The notes: generated by a model not told the origin, from the letters alone. A stretch of 64,000 bases of DNA from Brevinema andersonii (GCA_020722765.1 DYKD01000001.1:2025-66024); one strand, 5' to 3'; positions 37,065 through 47,735 are shown, numbered from the stretch's first letter. Numbers and translations: made by a program.

Positions 37065-38201
37065 ATGTTCAAGACCTTTGATAGGTACATCCTGAAAGAG
37101 ATGGTCCCTTTTTTCCTTGTCGGATTCAGTTTCTTCAACCTCATTTTTATCATTAACAGGCTTTTGGAAATGATGGACATGCTGATTGTAAAACGCGTAG
37201 AAATATCCACTATCCTGAAACTCCTGATAACGATGCTTCCCTTCACATTTGCCATCACAGTTCCCCTGTCAGTACTTGTAGCTGTACTCATGGCTTTTGG
37301 GCGGTTATCCTCAGACAGTGAAGTCATTGCCCTCCTCTCAAGTGGTACAAGTTATACAAGAATGCTGTTCATGCCTTTATTAGCTGGTCTGTTCATGAGC
37401 CTGTTCATGGTCGCTTTCAACAACTGGGTGCTTCCTGCTGGCAATACGGTATTTAAAAAGACATATATCGAAGTCCAAGCAAGAAAGCCATTCTCACAGT
37501 TACAGGAGCACAGGTTCATCAAAATTGGAAATAGGACAATCGGAGTAGACAGGATTGACGAAAAGAAGAATATTCTGGAAAACATTGTGATGTATGATGA
37601 TAATGCAAGCGGCGCGCTTACCATAACCAGTGCAAGAAAAGGGACCTGGCTTAAGAACGAAAAAGTGAAAGACAGGAACGGCATACTGTACCAATACATG
37701 AGGCTCCAGCTGACTGATGGGATAGTCCAGACTTACGAAAGGTTTGCAGCGACAACAGAGCAGCCTGAGTTCCAAGTACAGACATTCAAAAAAATGATTA
37801 TTGTCATAAAATTCAGGCTTATTGATGATTTTGGAGTCGAGAAATCCGCACGGGAAATGACCATCCCAGAACTGAAAAACGAGATAAAAAAAATGAAAGC
37901 GCAAGGTGATTCAAGGATCATAAGAAGACTACAGGTGGAATTCCAAAAGAAGTTTTCCATCCCTTTTGCATCATTGGCCTTCGTCCTTTTTGGGATCCCC
38001 CTTGTGATGACCAGAAAAAAAACAGGTGTGGGTTTTGGTCTGGGAATGAGCCTTATTATCATGGTCGTCTATTATCTTTTTCTTTCCTTTGGCGAAAGCT
38101 TTGGAAAAAGTGGAAAGATGGATCCTACAAGTGCCATGTGGCTTACAAATTGCATACTATCCGTTGCAGGAATTGGCATCTTGTGGAGGATTTCAAAATG
38201 A
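37065..38201 (+). CDS. lptF: LPS export ABC permease LptF/LptG family (YjgP/YjgQ)
   Basis: MFKTFDRYILKE N-terminus. Three TM + periplasmic β-jellyroll + three TM layout. Overlaps the next paralogue by ATGA. Confidence 0.7.
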   Translation: MFKTFDRYILKEMVPFFLVGFSFFNLIFIINRLLEMMDMLIVKRVEISTILKLLITMLPFTFAITVPLSVLVAVLMAFGRLSSDSEVIALLSSGTSYTRMLFMPLLAGLFMSLFMVAFNNWVLPAGNTVFKKTYIEVQARKPFSQLQEHRFIKIGNRTIGVDRIDEKKNILENIVMYDDNASGALTITSARKGTWLKNEKVKDRNGILYQYMRLQLTDGIVQTYERFAATTEQPEFQVQTFKKMIIVIKFRLIDDFGVEKSAREMTIPELKNEIKKMKAQGDSRIIRRLQVEFQKKFSIPFASLAFVLFGIPLVMTRKKTGVGFGLGMSLIIMVVYYLFLSFGESFGKSGKMDPTSAMWLTNCILSVAGIGILWRISK

Positions 38202-39274
38202 ACCTGATTGACAGATATGTCCTAAGGAATTTCCTGATTCCCCTCCTTCTTGGGTTATTTTTCCTGGTATTCATGATCCATGTCATAGACATATTTGACA
38301 GGCTGGATTTTTTCACAAATGCAAAAGCCCCCATCCACAGGATAGCCCTATATTTCCTCTTTAAGAGTCCCTATCTGATTGTCGAGATGCTTCCAGTCGC
38401 TGTTCTTTTTGCAGCTGTCTTCAGCCTTGCAGAAATGTCCAAAAACAACGAAACGATTGCTGTGCTTTCCACAGGTGTCAGTTTCTTTAGACTGATAAAA
38501 CCAATGATTATAACCTCATTCTTTCTTTTTATCATCACGATTCTTTTCAATGATTTCGTAGTCCCCGCAGCAGCTGATGGAGCGGAAAGAACCATGAGCA
38601 AAATCACCGCACGGAACAGATCTTTGGATAATTACAGGATACAGAAATACGGTAAGGGTAATACGATATATTTCATGGACATCTTTAGGGCCTCTGATCT
38701 CAGTTTCAATGGGCTTGTCCTCATCAAAAGAGATGCCAACAACGACATCCTTCTGAGGATTGATAGCCCGCAAGGACAATGGGACAAGGAAAAGAAGCAG
38801 TGGGTTATGACACCAATCACGACCAGATACTTTTCCAACAACATGATTGTCAGGACAATAACAAAAAAAACACAGTTCATCACACTTTCCGAAGGCCCTG
38901 AATATTTCAAAAAAGAAGACAAAAACATCCAAGACATGACTATTCTGGAATCATGGAGATACATCCAAAGGGTACAAGCTGGTGGCTTTGGTGCAGGGAA
39001 AGAGCTTGTTGAATTCAACTGGAAAATCGCATTCCCTTTTGGTTGTGTCATGATGGTCTTATTAGGTGCTCCCCTCAGCGCTTTTTCAAGAAAGAACATC
39101 CTCATCACCAGTTTCCTGCTGGCATTTTTAGGGACATTTGCATACTACCTGATCCTTTATCTTGGATTCTCCCTGGGCAAGAATGAAGTGCTCAACCCCT
39201 TTCTAGCAGCCTGGATAGGCAATTTCATCTTTGCAGGAATTTCAGCGTATCTCTTGAAAAGAACAAGGACCTAG
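38198..39274 (+). CDS. lptG: LPS export ABC permease LptG/LptF family (second paralogue)
   Basis: MNLIDRYVLRNFL N-terminus with GGAGGA SD. Same architecture as the previous gene. Confidence 0.7.
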   Translation: MNLIDRYVLRNFLIPLLLGLFFLVFMIHVIDIFDRLDFFTNAKAPIHRIALYFLFKSPYLIVEMLPVAVLFAAVFSLAEMSKNNETIAVLSTGVSFFRLIKPMIITSFFLFIITILFNDFVVPAAADGAERTMSKITARNRSLDNYRIQKYGKGNTIYFMDIFRASDLSFNGLVLIKRDANNDILLRIDSPQGQWDKEKKQWVMTPITTRYFSNNMIVRTITKKTQFITLSEGPEYFKKEDKNIQDMTILESWRYIQRVQAGGFGAGKELVEFNWKIAFPFGCVMMVLLGAPLSAFSRKNILITSFLLAFLGTFAYYLILYLGFSLGKNEVLNPFLAAWIGNFIFAGISAYLLKRTRT

Positions 39275-39281
39275 TATCAAC

Positions 39282-39770
39282 ATGCTCATTGGATTCATGT
39301 CCGATTCCCATGACAGCAGGGACAATCTCATTAAAGCCATATCCGTATTCAATGAAAAAAAGGTCACGGCTGTCTACCATGCAGGTGATATAACATCACT
39401 TCATGTCTTTGATATCATCCAAGACTTGCATTCCTCCTTTGATGCCGTATTTGGCAATTCCGATATCCAAAAATTCGAATTCATGAAATTCAATGGTGGC
39501 AGATTCAATTTTCATCATGGCTCCTATGAATGGGAAAGGGAAGGAAAATCTTTCTTTATGACACACAAGCCGGAAGAAATCACCAAACGCACAGGGGGAA
39601 AGAATTTTAACTATATCATTCACGGTCATACACATACAAGTTCAATAAAAATAGAAGGTAAAACTGTTTATATCAATCCTGGAGAAGTGGCAGGCAACCG
39701 AAGTGGCAAGGCTACCATCGCTCTTCTGGATATGTCTTCTTCTAAAATTGAAATTATCCAGCTAAAATGA
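39282..39770 (+). CDS. YfcE/MJ0936-type metallophosphoesterase
   Basis: DSHD, GDI, GNSD and GHTH motifs in calcineurin-like order. Confidence 0.7.
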   Translation: MLIGFMSDSHDSRDNLIKAISVFNEKKVTAVYHAGDITSLHVFDIIQDLHSSFDAVFGNSDIQKFEFMKFNGGRFNFHHGSYEWEREGKSFFMTHKPEEITKRTGGKNFNYIIHGHTHTSSIKIEGKTVYINPGEVAGNRSGKATIALLDMSSSKIEIIQLK

Positions 39771-41176
39771 CAGAACCAAAAAAGAGAAACATCCTCCTCA
39801 TCTCACCACCAGTCTATGATTTTGCCACATTTGACCTATGGTCAAAACCTGTGGGACTCCTCTCTTTGGGCAAGGTTTTAAGGGAACAAGGACATCACGT
39901 ACGACTTGTCGATGCGATGGACAGATATCATGAGGGATTAGAAAATCATACCAGAAACAAGAGTAAAAAATTTGGTACAGGGAAATATGCTTCTGTTGAA
40001 ATTGAAAAACCACCAATCCTATCCAAGATTCCCAGGACCTATTCCAGGTTCGGTATACCACAAACTGTTTTTGAAGAGGAGATTGGCAGAAGTCCTACGC
40101 CGGATCTGATCCTTATCACATCCATGATGACATACTGGTATCCAGGAGTGTTTGAAAGTATAAGAACGGCAAGACGGATCTGGCCCAAGGTGCCTATTGT
40201 GTTAGGAGGCATCTATGCCAGACTCTGCACCTCCCACGCCATAAAAAATTCCGGTGCAGATTATGTTTGTACAGAAGCAGATCCTGAAAAGATATTCCCT
40301 GTCATCGCGACAGCCCTCAATGACAATACTTTTAATGACGAGTCACAACAGGGGGATAGAAACGAGTGGCCTATTCCAGATTTTTCATTCTATCCCAAGA
40401 TCCGTTATGGAGTCGTGACAAGTTCTTTAGGATGTCCCTATAGATGTTCTTATTGCGCATCCCCTGCACTCCACAAGGAGTTCAGACAAAGGTCACCAGA
40501 CAGTGTCATCCGCGAAATCCTCAATTTAAGAAGCAGGCATGAAATCAAGGATATCGCTTTTTATGATGATGCCTTGCTGATCAATGCGGAAAAACATCTG
40601 ATCCCCATACTTGAAGCATGTCACAAGCAGTATGATGATTTTCAGTTTCATACACCAAACGGACTTCACACAAAAATGATAGATGAGGGGATGGCATCCC
40701 TTTTCAGAAAGCATGGATTTAAGACACTCAGGCTGAGTCTTGAGACATCTGACTGCAGACTGCAGCACAGCACTGGGGGGAAAGTGACAAACCAGGATTA
40801 TATCAAAGCTGTAAAAGCATTACGCAAGGCAGGGTATAAGCAGGAAGAATTGAAAACATACATCATGGCAGGAATGCCTGGACAGGAGTTATCCCATGTC
40901 CATGATACGATTGACTTTGTGTTTGAAAATGGCGCATGGCCTTCCATCTGTGAATATTCCATGATTCCAGGATCTGCAGATTGGAAAGCATGGGAAAAGC
41001 GTTTAGGCCTAATGGAACTTGATCCTCTGATTCATAACAATACGATTTTTGCAGCAAGCATGGGATGGCTAAGTCTGGAAAATATGGAAGAATTGAAAGT
41101 TATGATAAGAGAAAAAGCGACAGACCTTAGAAAATTTTCGGAAGATGGAACTTGGAATTCTTCATCATTGCCCTGA
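39767..41176 (+). CDS. B12-binding-domain radical SAM protein
   Basis: N-terminal Rossmann-like B12-domain pattern, then GCPYRCSYC (CxxxCxxC). Confidence 0.7.
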   Translation: MTEPKKRNILLISPPVYDFATFDLWSKPVGLLSLGKVLREQGHHVRLVDAMDRYHEGLENHTRNKSKKFGTGKYASVEIEKPPILSKIPRTYSRFGIPQTVFEEEIGRSPTPDLILITSMMTYWYPGVFESIRTARRIWPKVPIVLGGIYARLCTSHAIKNSGADYVCTEADPEKIFPVIATALNDNTFNDESQQGDRNEWPIPDFSFYPKIRYGVVTSSLGCPYRCSYCASPALHKEFRQRSPDSVIREILNLRSRHEIKDIAFYDDALLINAEKHLIPILEACHKQYDDFQFHTPNGLHTKMIDEGMASLFRKHGFKTLRLSLETSDCRLQHSTGGKVTNQDYIKAVKALRKAGYKQEELKTYIMAGMPGQELSHVHDTIDFVFENGAWPSICEYSMIPGSADWKAWEKRLGLMELDPLIHNNTIFAASMGWLSLENMEELKVMIREKATDLRKFSEDGTWNSSSLP

Positions 41177-41996
41177 TAAACTCAAGATCCTTGTGATATC
41201 CTTCCAGATCACCGGGTGTTTCTATGATGAAAGGGATATTTTTAAGCTTTTTATCGTGCAAAATATTATAAAAAAAGTCTTTCCCTATCATTCCCTCGCC
41301 CAAATTGGCGTGTTTGTCAATACGTGAACCGCAGGATTTAGCAGCATCATTCAGATGGATCAGCATGAGCTTTTCCAACCCGATAACATCATTAAATTCT
41401 TCCATCATCTTAGAATAGCCCCGTGCTGTCTTGATGTTGTATCCAGCAGAAAAAACATGGGCAGTATCCAGACAAATCCCCACCCTTTTCTTGTTTTCCA
41501 CAAGTTCAATGATTTTTGCAAGCTGTTCAAACTTGAATCCCAAACTCCTACCATTTCCTGCAGAAGTTTCCATAACAAGCTTGGAATTATAACGACGGGT
41601 ATTATCAATCAGGAAATTCAAACTCTCTGCACAGGTCTTAATAGAATCATCAATCTTGTTTCCTGAATAAAAACCAGGGTGAAAGACAACTCCAACTAGA
41701 TTGAGTATCTCAGCCCTGTTAATCTCATCCAAAAAACTCCTTTGCGACTTATCCAAAAGTATTTTATCCATTGCTGAAAGGTTAAGAAGGGATGAAGCAT
41801 GTGAAAAGACCATTTTGATGTCATATACTTGGACATTTTCCAAATATTCATCAATTTCATCTTCCTTCAGCTTGCTGGAGAACCACTGTCGATGGTTCTT
41901 TGTAAAAATCTGCATACTGTTGATTTCCAACTGGGCTGCGTATTCAACACAGTTTTGTATACCACCAGCTAATGCCAAATGAGCGCCAATAAACAT
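41127..41996 (-). CDS. nfo: Endonuclease IV (AP endonuclease family 2)
   Basis: Near-colinear with E. coli Nfo (FIGAH…IFTKN.RQW, HPG, ETSAG.G..LGFKFE.LA.II, CLDT.H.F.AGY, HLNDA…GSR.D.H..LGEG.IG). Confidence 0.9.
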   Translation of the reverse strand: MFIGAHLALAGGIQNCVEYAAQLEINSMQIFTKNHRQWFSSKLKEDEIDEYLENVQVYDIKMVFSHASSLLNLSAMDKILLDKSQRSFLDEINRAEILNLVGVVFHPGFYSGNKIDDSIKTCAESLNFLIDNTRRYNSKLVMETSAGNGRSLGFKFEQLAKIIELVENKKRVGICLDTAHVFSAGYNIKTARGYSKMMEEFNDVIGLEKLMLIHLNDAAKSCGSRIDKHANLGEGMIGKDFFYNILHDKKLKNIPFIIETPGDLEGYHKDLEFIRAMMKNSKFHLPKIF

Positions 41997-42205
41997 CGTT
42001 TTTCCTTTTCGAGAAGCCCTAATATACTACTTTTTTTCGTAAATTTCAAGGCTTTTGAAGTTAAGTATATAAATAATTAATGAAAATAGAATGAATATTT
42101 TATATTTTTTAATTAGCATTATAAGTGTCTTTAAAAAAATATGAATCCACTGTTTCTAGACCTATGCTTTGTTAAACGAATAAAACCGATAAATATGCAG
42201 CATTC

Positions 42206-43402
42206 TCAAATAATCTTTATCTTAATAACTTTCTTCTTACCTAACTTAAATACATGCTCGCCAGAAGGAGCTACAAATTCCAGATCAATGGCCTTATCAT
42301 CACAGTAAACAGACTTATCCTTAATCAGTTTTCTTACCTCAGTATTTGAACGGGGGTCTCCTACCTTTTCAAACATAGCAACTATAGTATGCAAAGCCGA
42401 TGTCCAGTCCATCTCCCCTGACAACGGCAAATCATCCAGTTTGATATCCTTGCTTTTGAATTTTTTATTGAATAATTCCTCTTCTTTGATAGCATCCTCA
42501 TGAGAATAATACTGTGTCACTATCGTCTTCGCTAATTTCATCTTCAGATTCCTGGGATTTTCGCCCTCTGTCATTGCTTTTCTCATTTCTGAAAGATCCT
42601 CTTCAGGAACATCCGTCAAGAGTTCAAAATATTTCATAATCAACTCATCAGGGACTGTCATCAGTTTTCCCAAGATGTCTGTCGGGGTATCGTTTATTGA
42701 GACATAATTTCCCAGACTCTTGCTCATCTTATCCTTGCCATCCAGGCCTTCCAGCAGAGGCATGGTTATGACAATCTGCTGGTCTTCCTGACCAAACCTT
42801 TTTTGAAGGACACGGCCCATAAGCAAATTAAATTTTTGGTCAGTACCGCCAATTTCGACATCTGCTTTCATAGCGACTGAATCATACCCTTGCAGAAAGG
42901 GATAGAGAAACTCATGAACACTGATATCAGCGCCAGACTTATAGCGTTTCATGAAATCATCCCTCTCCAAAATCCTAGCGACAGTATACTTGGCTGTCAA
43001 CTCAATAGCATCTTTCAAGGACATCTTTCCTAACCAGGAGCTGTTATAGACTACTTCTATCTTATTTATATCGAGGATGCGGCCAATCTGTTTCTTGTAT
43101 GTCTCAGCATTGATCTTCACTTCCTCTTCTGTCAATTGTTTACGTGTCTTTGATTTGCCTGTAGGGTCTCCAATCATACCTGTAAAATCGCCAATAAGAA
43201 ATTTGACTTGATGCCCTAGATCCTGGAAATGTTTCAATTTCCTGAGCAAAACCGTATGCCCCAAGTGAAGATCAGGCGCAGTAGGATCAAAACCGGCTTT
43301 AACAATCAGTGGTCTCCCCTTTTTCATCTTCTCAATCAGCTCATTTTTCTCAATAAGCTCAACAGTCCCACGGGAAATGATTTTCAACTCTTCTTCGAAC
43401 AT
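42206..43402 (-). CDS. tyrS: Tyrosine--tRNA ligase
   Basis: HIGH-class motif (DLHLGH) and KMSKS. C-terminal S4-like domain. Confidence 0.9.
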   Translation of the reverse strand: MFEEELKIISRGTVELIEKNELIEKMKKGRPLIVKAGFDPTAPDLHLGHTVLLRKLKHFQDLGHQVKFLIGDFTGMIGDPTGKSKTRKQLTEEEVKINAETYKKQIGRILDINKIEVVYNSSWLGKMSLKDAIELTAKYTVARILERDDFMKRYKSGADISVHEFLYPFLQGYDSVAMKADVEIGGTDQKFNLLMGRVLQKRFGQEDQQIVITMPLLEGLDGKDKMSKSLGNYVSINDTPTDILGKLMTVPDELIMKYFELLTDVPEEDLSEMRKAMTEGENPRNLKMKLAKTIVTQYYSHEDAIKEEELFNKKFKSKDIKLDDLPLSGEMDWTSALHTIVAMFEKVGDPRSNTEVRKLIKDKSVYCDDKAIDLEFVAPSGEHVFKLGKKKVIKIKII

Positions 43403-43485
43403 GGCATCCTCAAAAAATTTAGATTTCAGAAGATATATTGAAAAGAGTCCTTTGTCAAAACAATCAATTTAAGGAAGAAAAGGTA

Positions 43486-43698
43486 ATGACATCATCGCGG
43501 GAGGAACCTTGGGCTGTATCCTTCTTTCTTGGTGATGTCGAACAATATATACCTGATGATGGAAGCTATGCAGGAAAAGGATACTTCGGAATAGTCATCA
43601 GCGGAGGAAATATCCATTTCAGGGAAAATACTGCTGTTCCTGATTATTGGTTCGAGACAGAGCTGAAAATCAAACCCTATTTCACACTGCTTGTTTAG
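43486..43698 (+). CDS. Small hypothetical protein (70 aa) between two minus-strand genes
   Basis: AAGGAAG…ATG with SD-like spacing. Non-repetitive composition. Weak evidence. Confidence 0.2.
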   Translation: MTSSREEPWAVSFFLGDVEQYIPDDGSYAGKGYFGIVISGGNIHFRENTAVPDYWFETELKIKPYFTLLV

Positions 43699-43705
43699 AA
43701 TATTT

Positions 43706-45976
43706 TTACTTGCCAAGATACTTCTTCATCGCATCACGGATCAGGCTGTTCTCTGGATTGACACGAAGTCCTTCTTTCCAGACTTCCTCTGCTTTCTTTG
43801 CCTGGTTCAACATGAGGTAACTCCCACCAAGGTTATAATAGGCATTTCCATAATTATGGTCAGTAAAGATGGCTTTCTCATACCAGGCAATAGCTTCCGT
43901 ATAATTACCAAGATTAAAAAAGCAATCCCCTATATTACCAGCCAACTTCGCTGTACGATTCCTCTCGAGTTCCTTTTTATAAAATTCTATCGCGTCCCTA
44001 TAATTCCCATTTTTGTACGCTTCTTCAGCTTTTATCAGTTCTGTGGATGTTTTTTTCATAGATTGCAATTCCAAAGCCAACGCTTGTCCTGAAGGTGATG
44101 ATGGTTGGGAAGCCACTGCCTGCTCCCAAAACTTAAATGCACCTTCTGCATCTCCTTGACGCGAATGGATCATTCCAAGGATCTGATAGTTCTGGAAGTT
44201 GTTTGGCTCAAATCCTATCAGCTTGTTCAAATCTATGGATTTCTGGAAGAAAGGGACTGCTTTTTGGTAATCCTTGTTTTCATAATACATCATACCTGTA
44301 TCTGAGGCAATGAAACTTAAATTCTGAAGCATCAACAATGTCATTACATCGAACCTGTTACCTGGTGAAAGCCCTCTGAACTGGAAAAGCGGATTCCCCT
44401 CTGGGTAGCCGACTGATTCGCCCTCCTCAGTGACTCTATAGGCAACACCGAATGGCACAAGCTGTTTCCCTTCGGGGACAGGAATTTCCTTGTTTGCAAA
44501 CAGGACAGGCTTAGCCTCTCCATATCTGCTTATGATCTCGTTTAAAATATGATCCCTTGTTTTTTTCTTAGTCCATCCAACACTTGGACGGGTAGTTATT
44601 GAGAAACCGGGATAAGTCTTTTCCAGATATCTGATGTACCAGTATTCTGAGAGTGTAATGTAATTGATGACCCAGACATCAGGCCTTTGTTTTTCAACCA
44701 TCTGCGCATACCATAGGTTGAAAGTCTCATTATCTTTCTTCGTAACAATCAGGGAAGCCTGTGGTGCTGACTGGAAGACATTCTTAACATAATCAATACA
44801 ATAGAAATATCTCCTGTTATTACAATGTAAACTGTTAAAAAAAGCAACAGTCAAGATGAATATTATTGAAAGAACAATCGGAAAAGCACGAAACCTGACT
44901 TTGGAAACCAGATCCCATAAGCCTTGCATCAGATAGAAAAAATAAAAGGCCCAAAACGGCAGGAAAAAAACCTTAAGTGTAAACTCCTTGTCTTTAGGAG
45001 TGTTTGACAAAAAAATAATAAAAACAGTAAAAAAGAATGCATGTGACAAAGCTGTAAATTTGAATTCCCTGTTTTTATCCTTTAAAAAAGCATAAATCAC
45101 CAATCCCCAGGCAACAGGCCATAGAACTATGTGAACCAGTCTACTTCCCCCTTCATGCAAATCCCTAATACCGAACAGCTCATACACTGGATTAACAATA
45201 AGAATTTGTTTTAAACCAAGAAGAAAACCGAACCCGTCAAACCAGACCCCTCCATACTGTCGTCTAAGGAGAACATCCAGAAAACTGGACAAAGAACCAG
45301 GACTCCCCCAGTTCATTGGAGGTGATGCAACTGCCCTTATTGGCAAATAGAGGTAGACAAGAAACCCCAGCAAAAAAAACGGGACGGTTCCCAAAATTCC
45401 ACCCCATTTCAATCCTTTAAACCGACTTGAAACCAGAAGCGCTATTCCTAATCCTGGGACTGCCAAAAGAATAGTTTGATGATTGGAAGTTGCTATTCCC
45501 ACAATAAACGCAACAGCCCAAAGATTTCTGACACTCAAATTAGGATTTTTGATATACCTAAAAACCAGAAGATTGGCAAGCACAAAAAGAAAAAGATTCA
45601 AAGCATAAACTTCTGTAATTGTGGAATGAGTCCATAGAGTGCGTGAAACAGCAAAAAGTAACACTGAAAGGAATGGAATCAAAAAGCTTTTCAGCACAGA
45701 AGAGAAAAGGATAAAAAAACCTGCAAGTGCAAGAGACGAAAAGAACGCAGACATCAGGTTCAGGTTCCACGCCACATTCCCTGAGGGAAAGGACGAAAAA
45801 ATATGCCCTATCAATGAAAAAAGCGGATACCCTGGGGGGTGAGCGTTTCCAAGCACATAGGCAGAAGCGATTAGCTCCCCTGAATCTTCAAATGTGACAC
45901 CTGGTGCGAGTGAAAATAAATAAAGCAGGAATGAAAGGATAAAAACAAGAGAAGACAGGGAAAACTTCCGATCCAT
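43706..45976 (-). CDS. GT-C-fold membrane glycosyltransferase-like protein (DUF2723/TMEM260/PMT-like) with C-terminal TPR repeats
   Basis: ~11 TM N-terminal region with an early-loop acidic motif (GVTFEDSGELI) and HPPGYPLF. C-terminal ~250 aa of TPR units. 1-nt overlap with the upstream GT2 gene. Confidence 0.55.
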   Translation of the reverse strand: MDRKFSLSSLVFILSFLLYLFSLAPGVTFEDSGELIASAYVLGNAHPPGYPLFSLIGHIFSSFPSGNVAWNLNLMSAFFSSLALAGFFILFSSVLKSFLIPFLSVLLFAVSRTLWTHSTITEVYALNLFLFVLANLLVFRYIKNPNLSVRNLWAVAFIVGIATSNHQTILLAVPGLGIALLVSSRFKGLKWGGILGTVPFFLLGFLVYLYLPIRAVASPPMNWGSPGSLSSFLDVLLRRQYGGVWFDGFGFLLGLKQILIVNPVYELFGIRDLHEGGSRLVHIVLWPVAWGLVIYAFLKDKNREFKFTALSHAFFFTVFIIFLSNTPKDKEFTLKVFFLPFWAFYFFYLMQGLWDLVSKVRFRAFPIVLSIIFILTVAFFNSLHCNNRRYFYCIDYVKNVFQSAPQASLIVTKKDNETFNLWYAQMVEKQRPDVWVINYITLSEYWYIRYLEKTYPGFSITTRPSVGWTKKKTRDHILNEIISRYGEAKPVLFANKEIPVPEGKQLVPFGVAYRVTEEGESVGYPEGNPLFQFRGLSPGNRFDVMTLLMLQNLSFIASDTGMMYYENKDYQKAVPFFQKSIDLNKLIGFEPNNFQNYQILGMIHSRQGDAEGAFKFWEQAVASQPSSPSGQALALELQSMKKTSTELIKAEEAYKNGNYRDAIEFYKKELERNRTAKLAGNIGDCFFNLGNYTEAIAWYEKAIFTDHNYGNAYYNLGGSYLMLNQAKKAEEVWKEGLRVNPENSLIRDAMKKYLGK

Positions 45977-47019
45977 CAGACACGAATCACCTTATCCAGC
46001 TTGTACCAGATTTTTTTTGACTTCCGTCTACCAGGGTAAAGATTCTTCAGAAATCCGACAATCATCCCAAACCCATAGAAAAAATGGACAAAAAAATAGA
46101 GGACCGGTAATACTGGAATCGCTTTTAGAGCCTTGTTTTCTATTGCCGTAAGAATACCAAAAAGAAGATCCATCACAATATATAGCAGAAAAGGGATCGG
46201 ATAAAAAAGCATCATCCCGCTGACATTGGAAGCAAGAGAAAAAGGGAGCAGACAGACATATACCGTAAATGCCAAGGGGAGAAGACTCATGATATTGAAT
46301 GATTGTTTCTGCTGGAACGACTGGTCAGCTCTCCCCCTTCCATAAGTTATCATCTGCCTAATGAACTGAAGGATATTTTTACGCTGACTTCGATAAACCA
46401 CCATTCTCGGATGATAAATAGCCTTAAAGCCAGCTTTCATGATTTCATTTATGAGAATATTCTCCTCATTCGGATACATCTGCTCATTGAAGCCCCCCAC
46501 TTTCCTGAACACGGCACGTCTCACAGCCATGTTCGCAAGGATGAGCTCATATTCATCAGTTGCACGACAATTTCCTGTAGCACAATAACGCGCCCGGATG
46601 CGTGGTCCAACAGCAAAAATGGAAGAGAGGACCAAGTTAAAGCAATGTTGTATGAAAGTGTCTGTTTTGGGAGTCAGAGAAGGCCCTCCAACAATACCAA
46701 CAGTTTCATCCGCGTTAAAAAAAGCAAGCGCACTTTTCAAGGAGAGAGGGTCAATCGCAGAGTCATTATCCAAAAAATAAATGATATCTCCTGTGGCTTT
46801 TTCAACAGCCCTATTTCTTTGTAGGGAAGGCTGGTTTCCTGAAACTATGACAATTTCAGATTTCACACGGTTCTGTTTGGCTGCTTTTTTTGCCAACTCA
46901 AGTGTTTTCTCTACAGCTTCATTCATCCTATGCGGGATGATGAACGAGACAGATCCAACACGTTTAGGTTTCCTGCTTTTTATGATTTTCTTATTTGATT
47001 GGTTTCCAGCTTTTTTCAT
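45976..47019 (-). CDS. Family-2 glycosyltransferase, polyprenyl-phosphate sugar synthase-like (GtrB/Dpm1-type) with C-terminal TM segments
   Basis: VSFIIP…NE N-terminus. DND (DxD). C-terminal hydrophobic helices, as in GtrB-type enzymes. Confidence 0.65.
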   Translation of the reverse strand: MKKAGNQSNKKIIKSRKPKRVGSVSFIIPHRMNEAVEKTLELAKKAAKQNRVKSEIVIVSGNQPSLQRNRAVEKATGDIIYFLDNDSAIDPLSLKSALAFFNADETVGIVGGPSLTPKTDTFIQHCFNLVLSSIFAVGPRIRARYCATGNCRATDEYELILANMAVRRAVFRKVGGFNEQMYPNEENILINEIMKAGFKAIYHPRMVVYRSQRKNILQFIRQMITYGRGRADQSFQQKQSFNIMSLLPLAFTVYVCLLPFSLASNVSGMMLFYPIPFLLYIVMDLLFGILTAIENKALKAIPVLPVLYFFVHFFYGFGMIVGFLKNLYPGRRKSKKIWYKLDKVIRV

Positions 47020-47091
47020 TTTTATCTGTCTCCTGTCTGATGAGACAGTATAGAAAAAAACAGCTGATTTGTCAAAAAAAAGCGAGCCTTT

Positions 47092-47652
47092 TCAATGGGA
47101 TATCTTATATTGGGAAGGGACCAGTTTCAAAAACGCATCATGTACTAATCCATTACTAGCTAGTATCTGCCTGCGGGATTCAAATTCCGATGTTCCAGAA
47201 AGACACGTCACTTTTCCTCCAGCTTCCCTCAAAATGAGTTCCCCAGCCGCAATATCATACGAGTTCAAATTCAGCTCCCAGAATATTTCAGCATGACCTT
47301 CAGCAAGATGGCAAAGGTCTATGGCCGCAGAACCAAAACGACGGACAGCTTGCACCTTGTAAATAACCTTATTGAAAAGAGGCAGATTATCCAATTCTAT
47401 GCTTCCTCGGACACAGGCAAAGCCTGTTATCGCAAGAGACTCTATCATCTGATCAACAAAAGAAACATGTATGGGTTTTCCATTCTTGTACGCTCCTCCA
47501 CCTTTTACAGCATGCCAAAAAGTTTTCAAGATGGGAGCATAGACCATTCCTATTTTTGTCACTCCAGATTCACGGTATGCGAGGGAAACCGAAAAAAACG
47601 GGAATTGCCTTATAAAATTGGTTGTCCCGTCAATAGGATCAAGGATGAATAG
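47092..47652 (-). pseudogene. 5'-truncated inositol monophosphatase/SuhB/CysQ-family gene remnant
   Basis: The stop-to-stop frame encodes …VVQGNLFILDPIDGTTNFIRQFPFFSVSLAYRESGVTKIGMVYAP…YDIAAGELILREAGG. This is colinear with the SuhB region from DPLDGT to the C-terminus, but only 9 residues precede DPIDGT (SuhB has ~85). No start codon exists except an internal GTG, and the tldE stop lies 83 nt upstream. Confidence 0.45.
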
Positions 47653-47735
47653 GTTTCCTTGAACAACTTAGACTTAACCATGTACATTATCCTCTTGCGA
47701 AGTAATCAATATTTATTGAAAACATTTCCAGGAAG

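Noticed and set aside
43403-43705. A possible T-box leader upstream of tyrS (the ~300 nt 5' region is typical of T-box-regulated aaRS genes)
   Set aside because: Reading the minus strand, I found no T-box consensus (AAUUAGGGUGGNACCGCG) or specifier-loop structure. The organism also appears Gram-negative, where T-boxes are rare.
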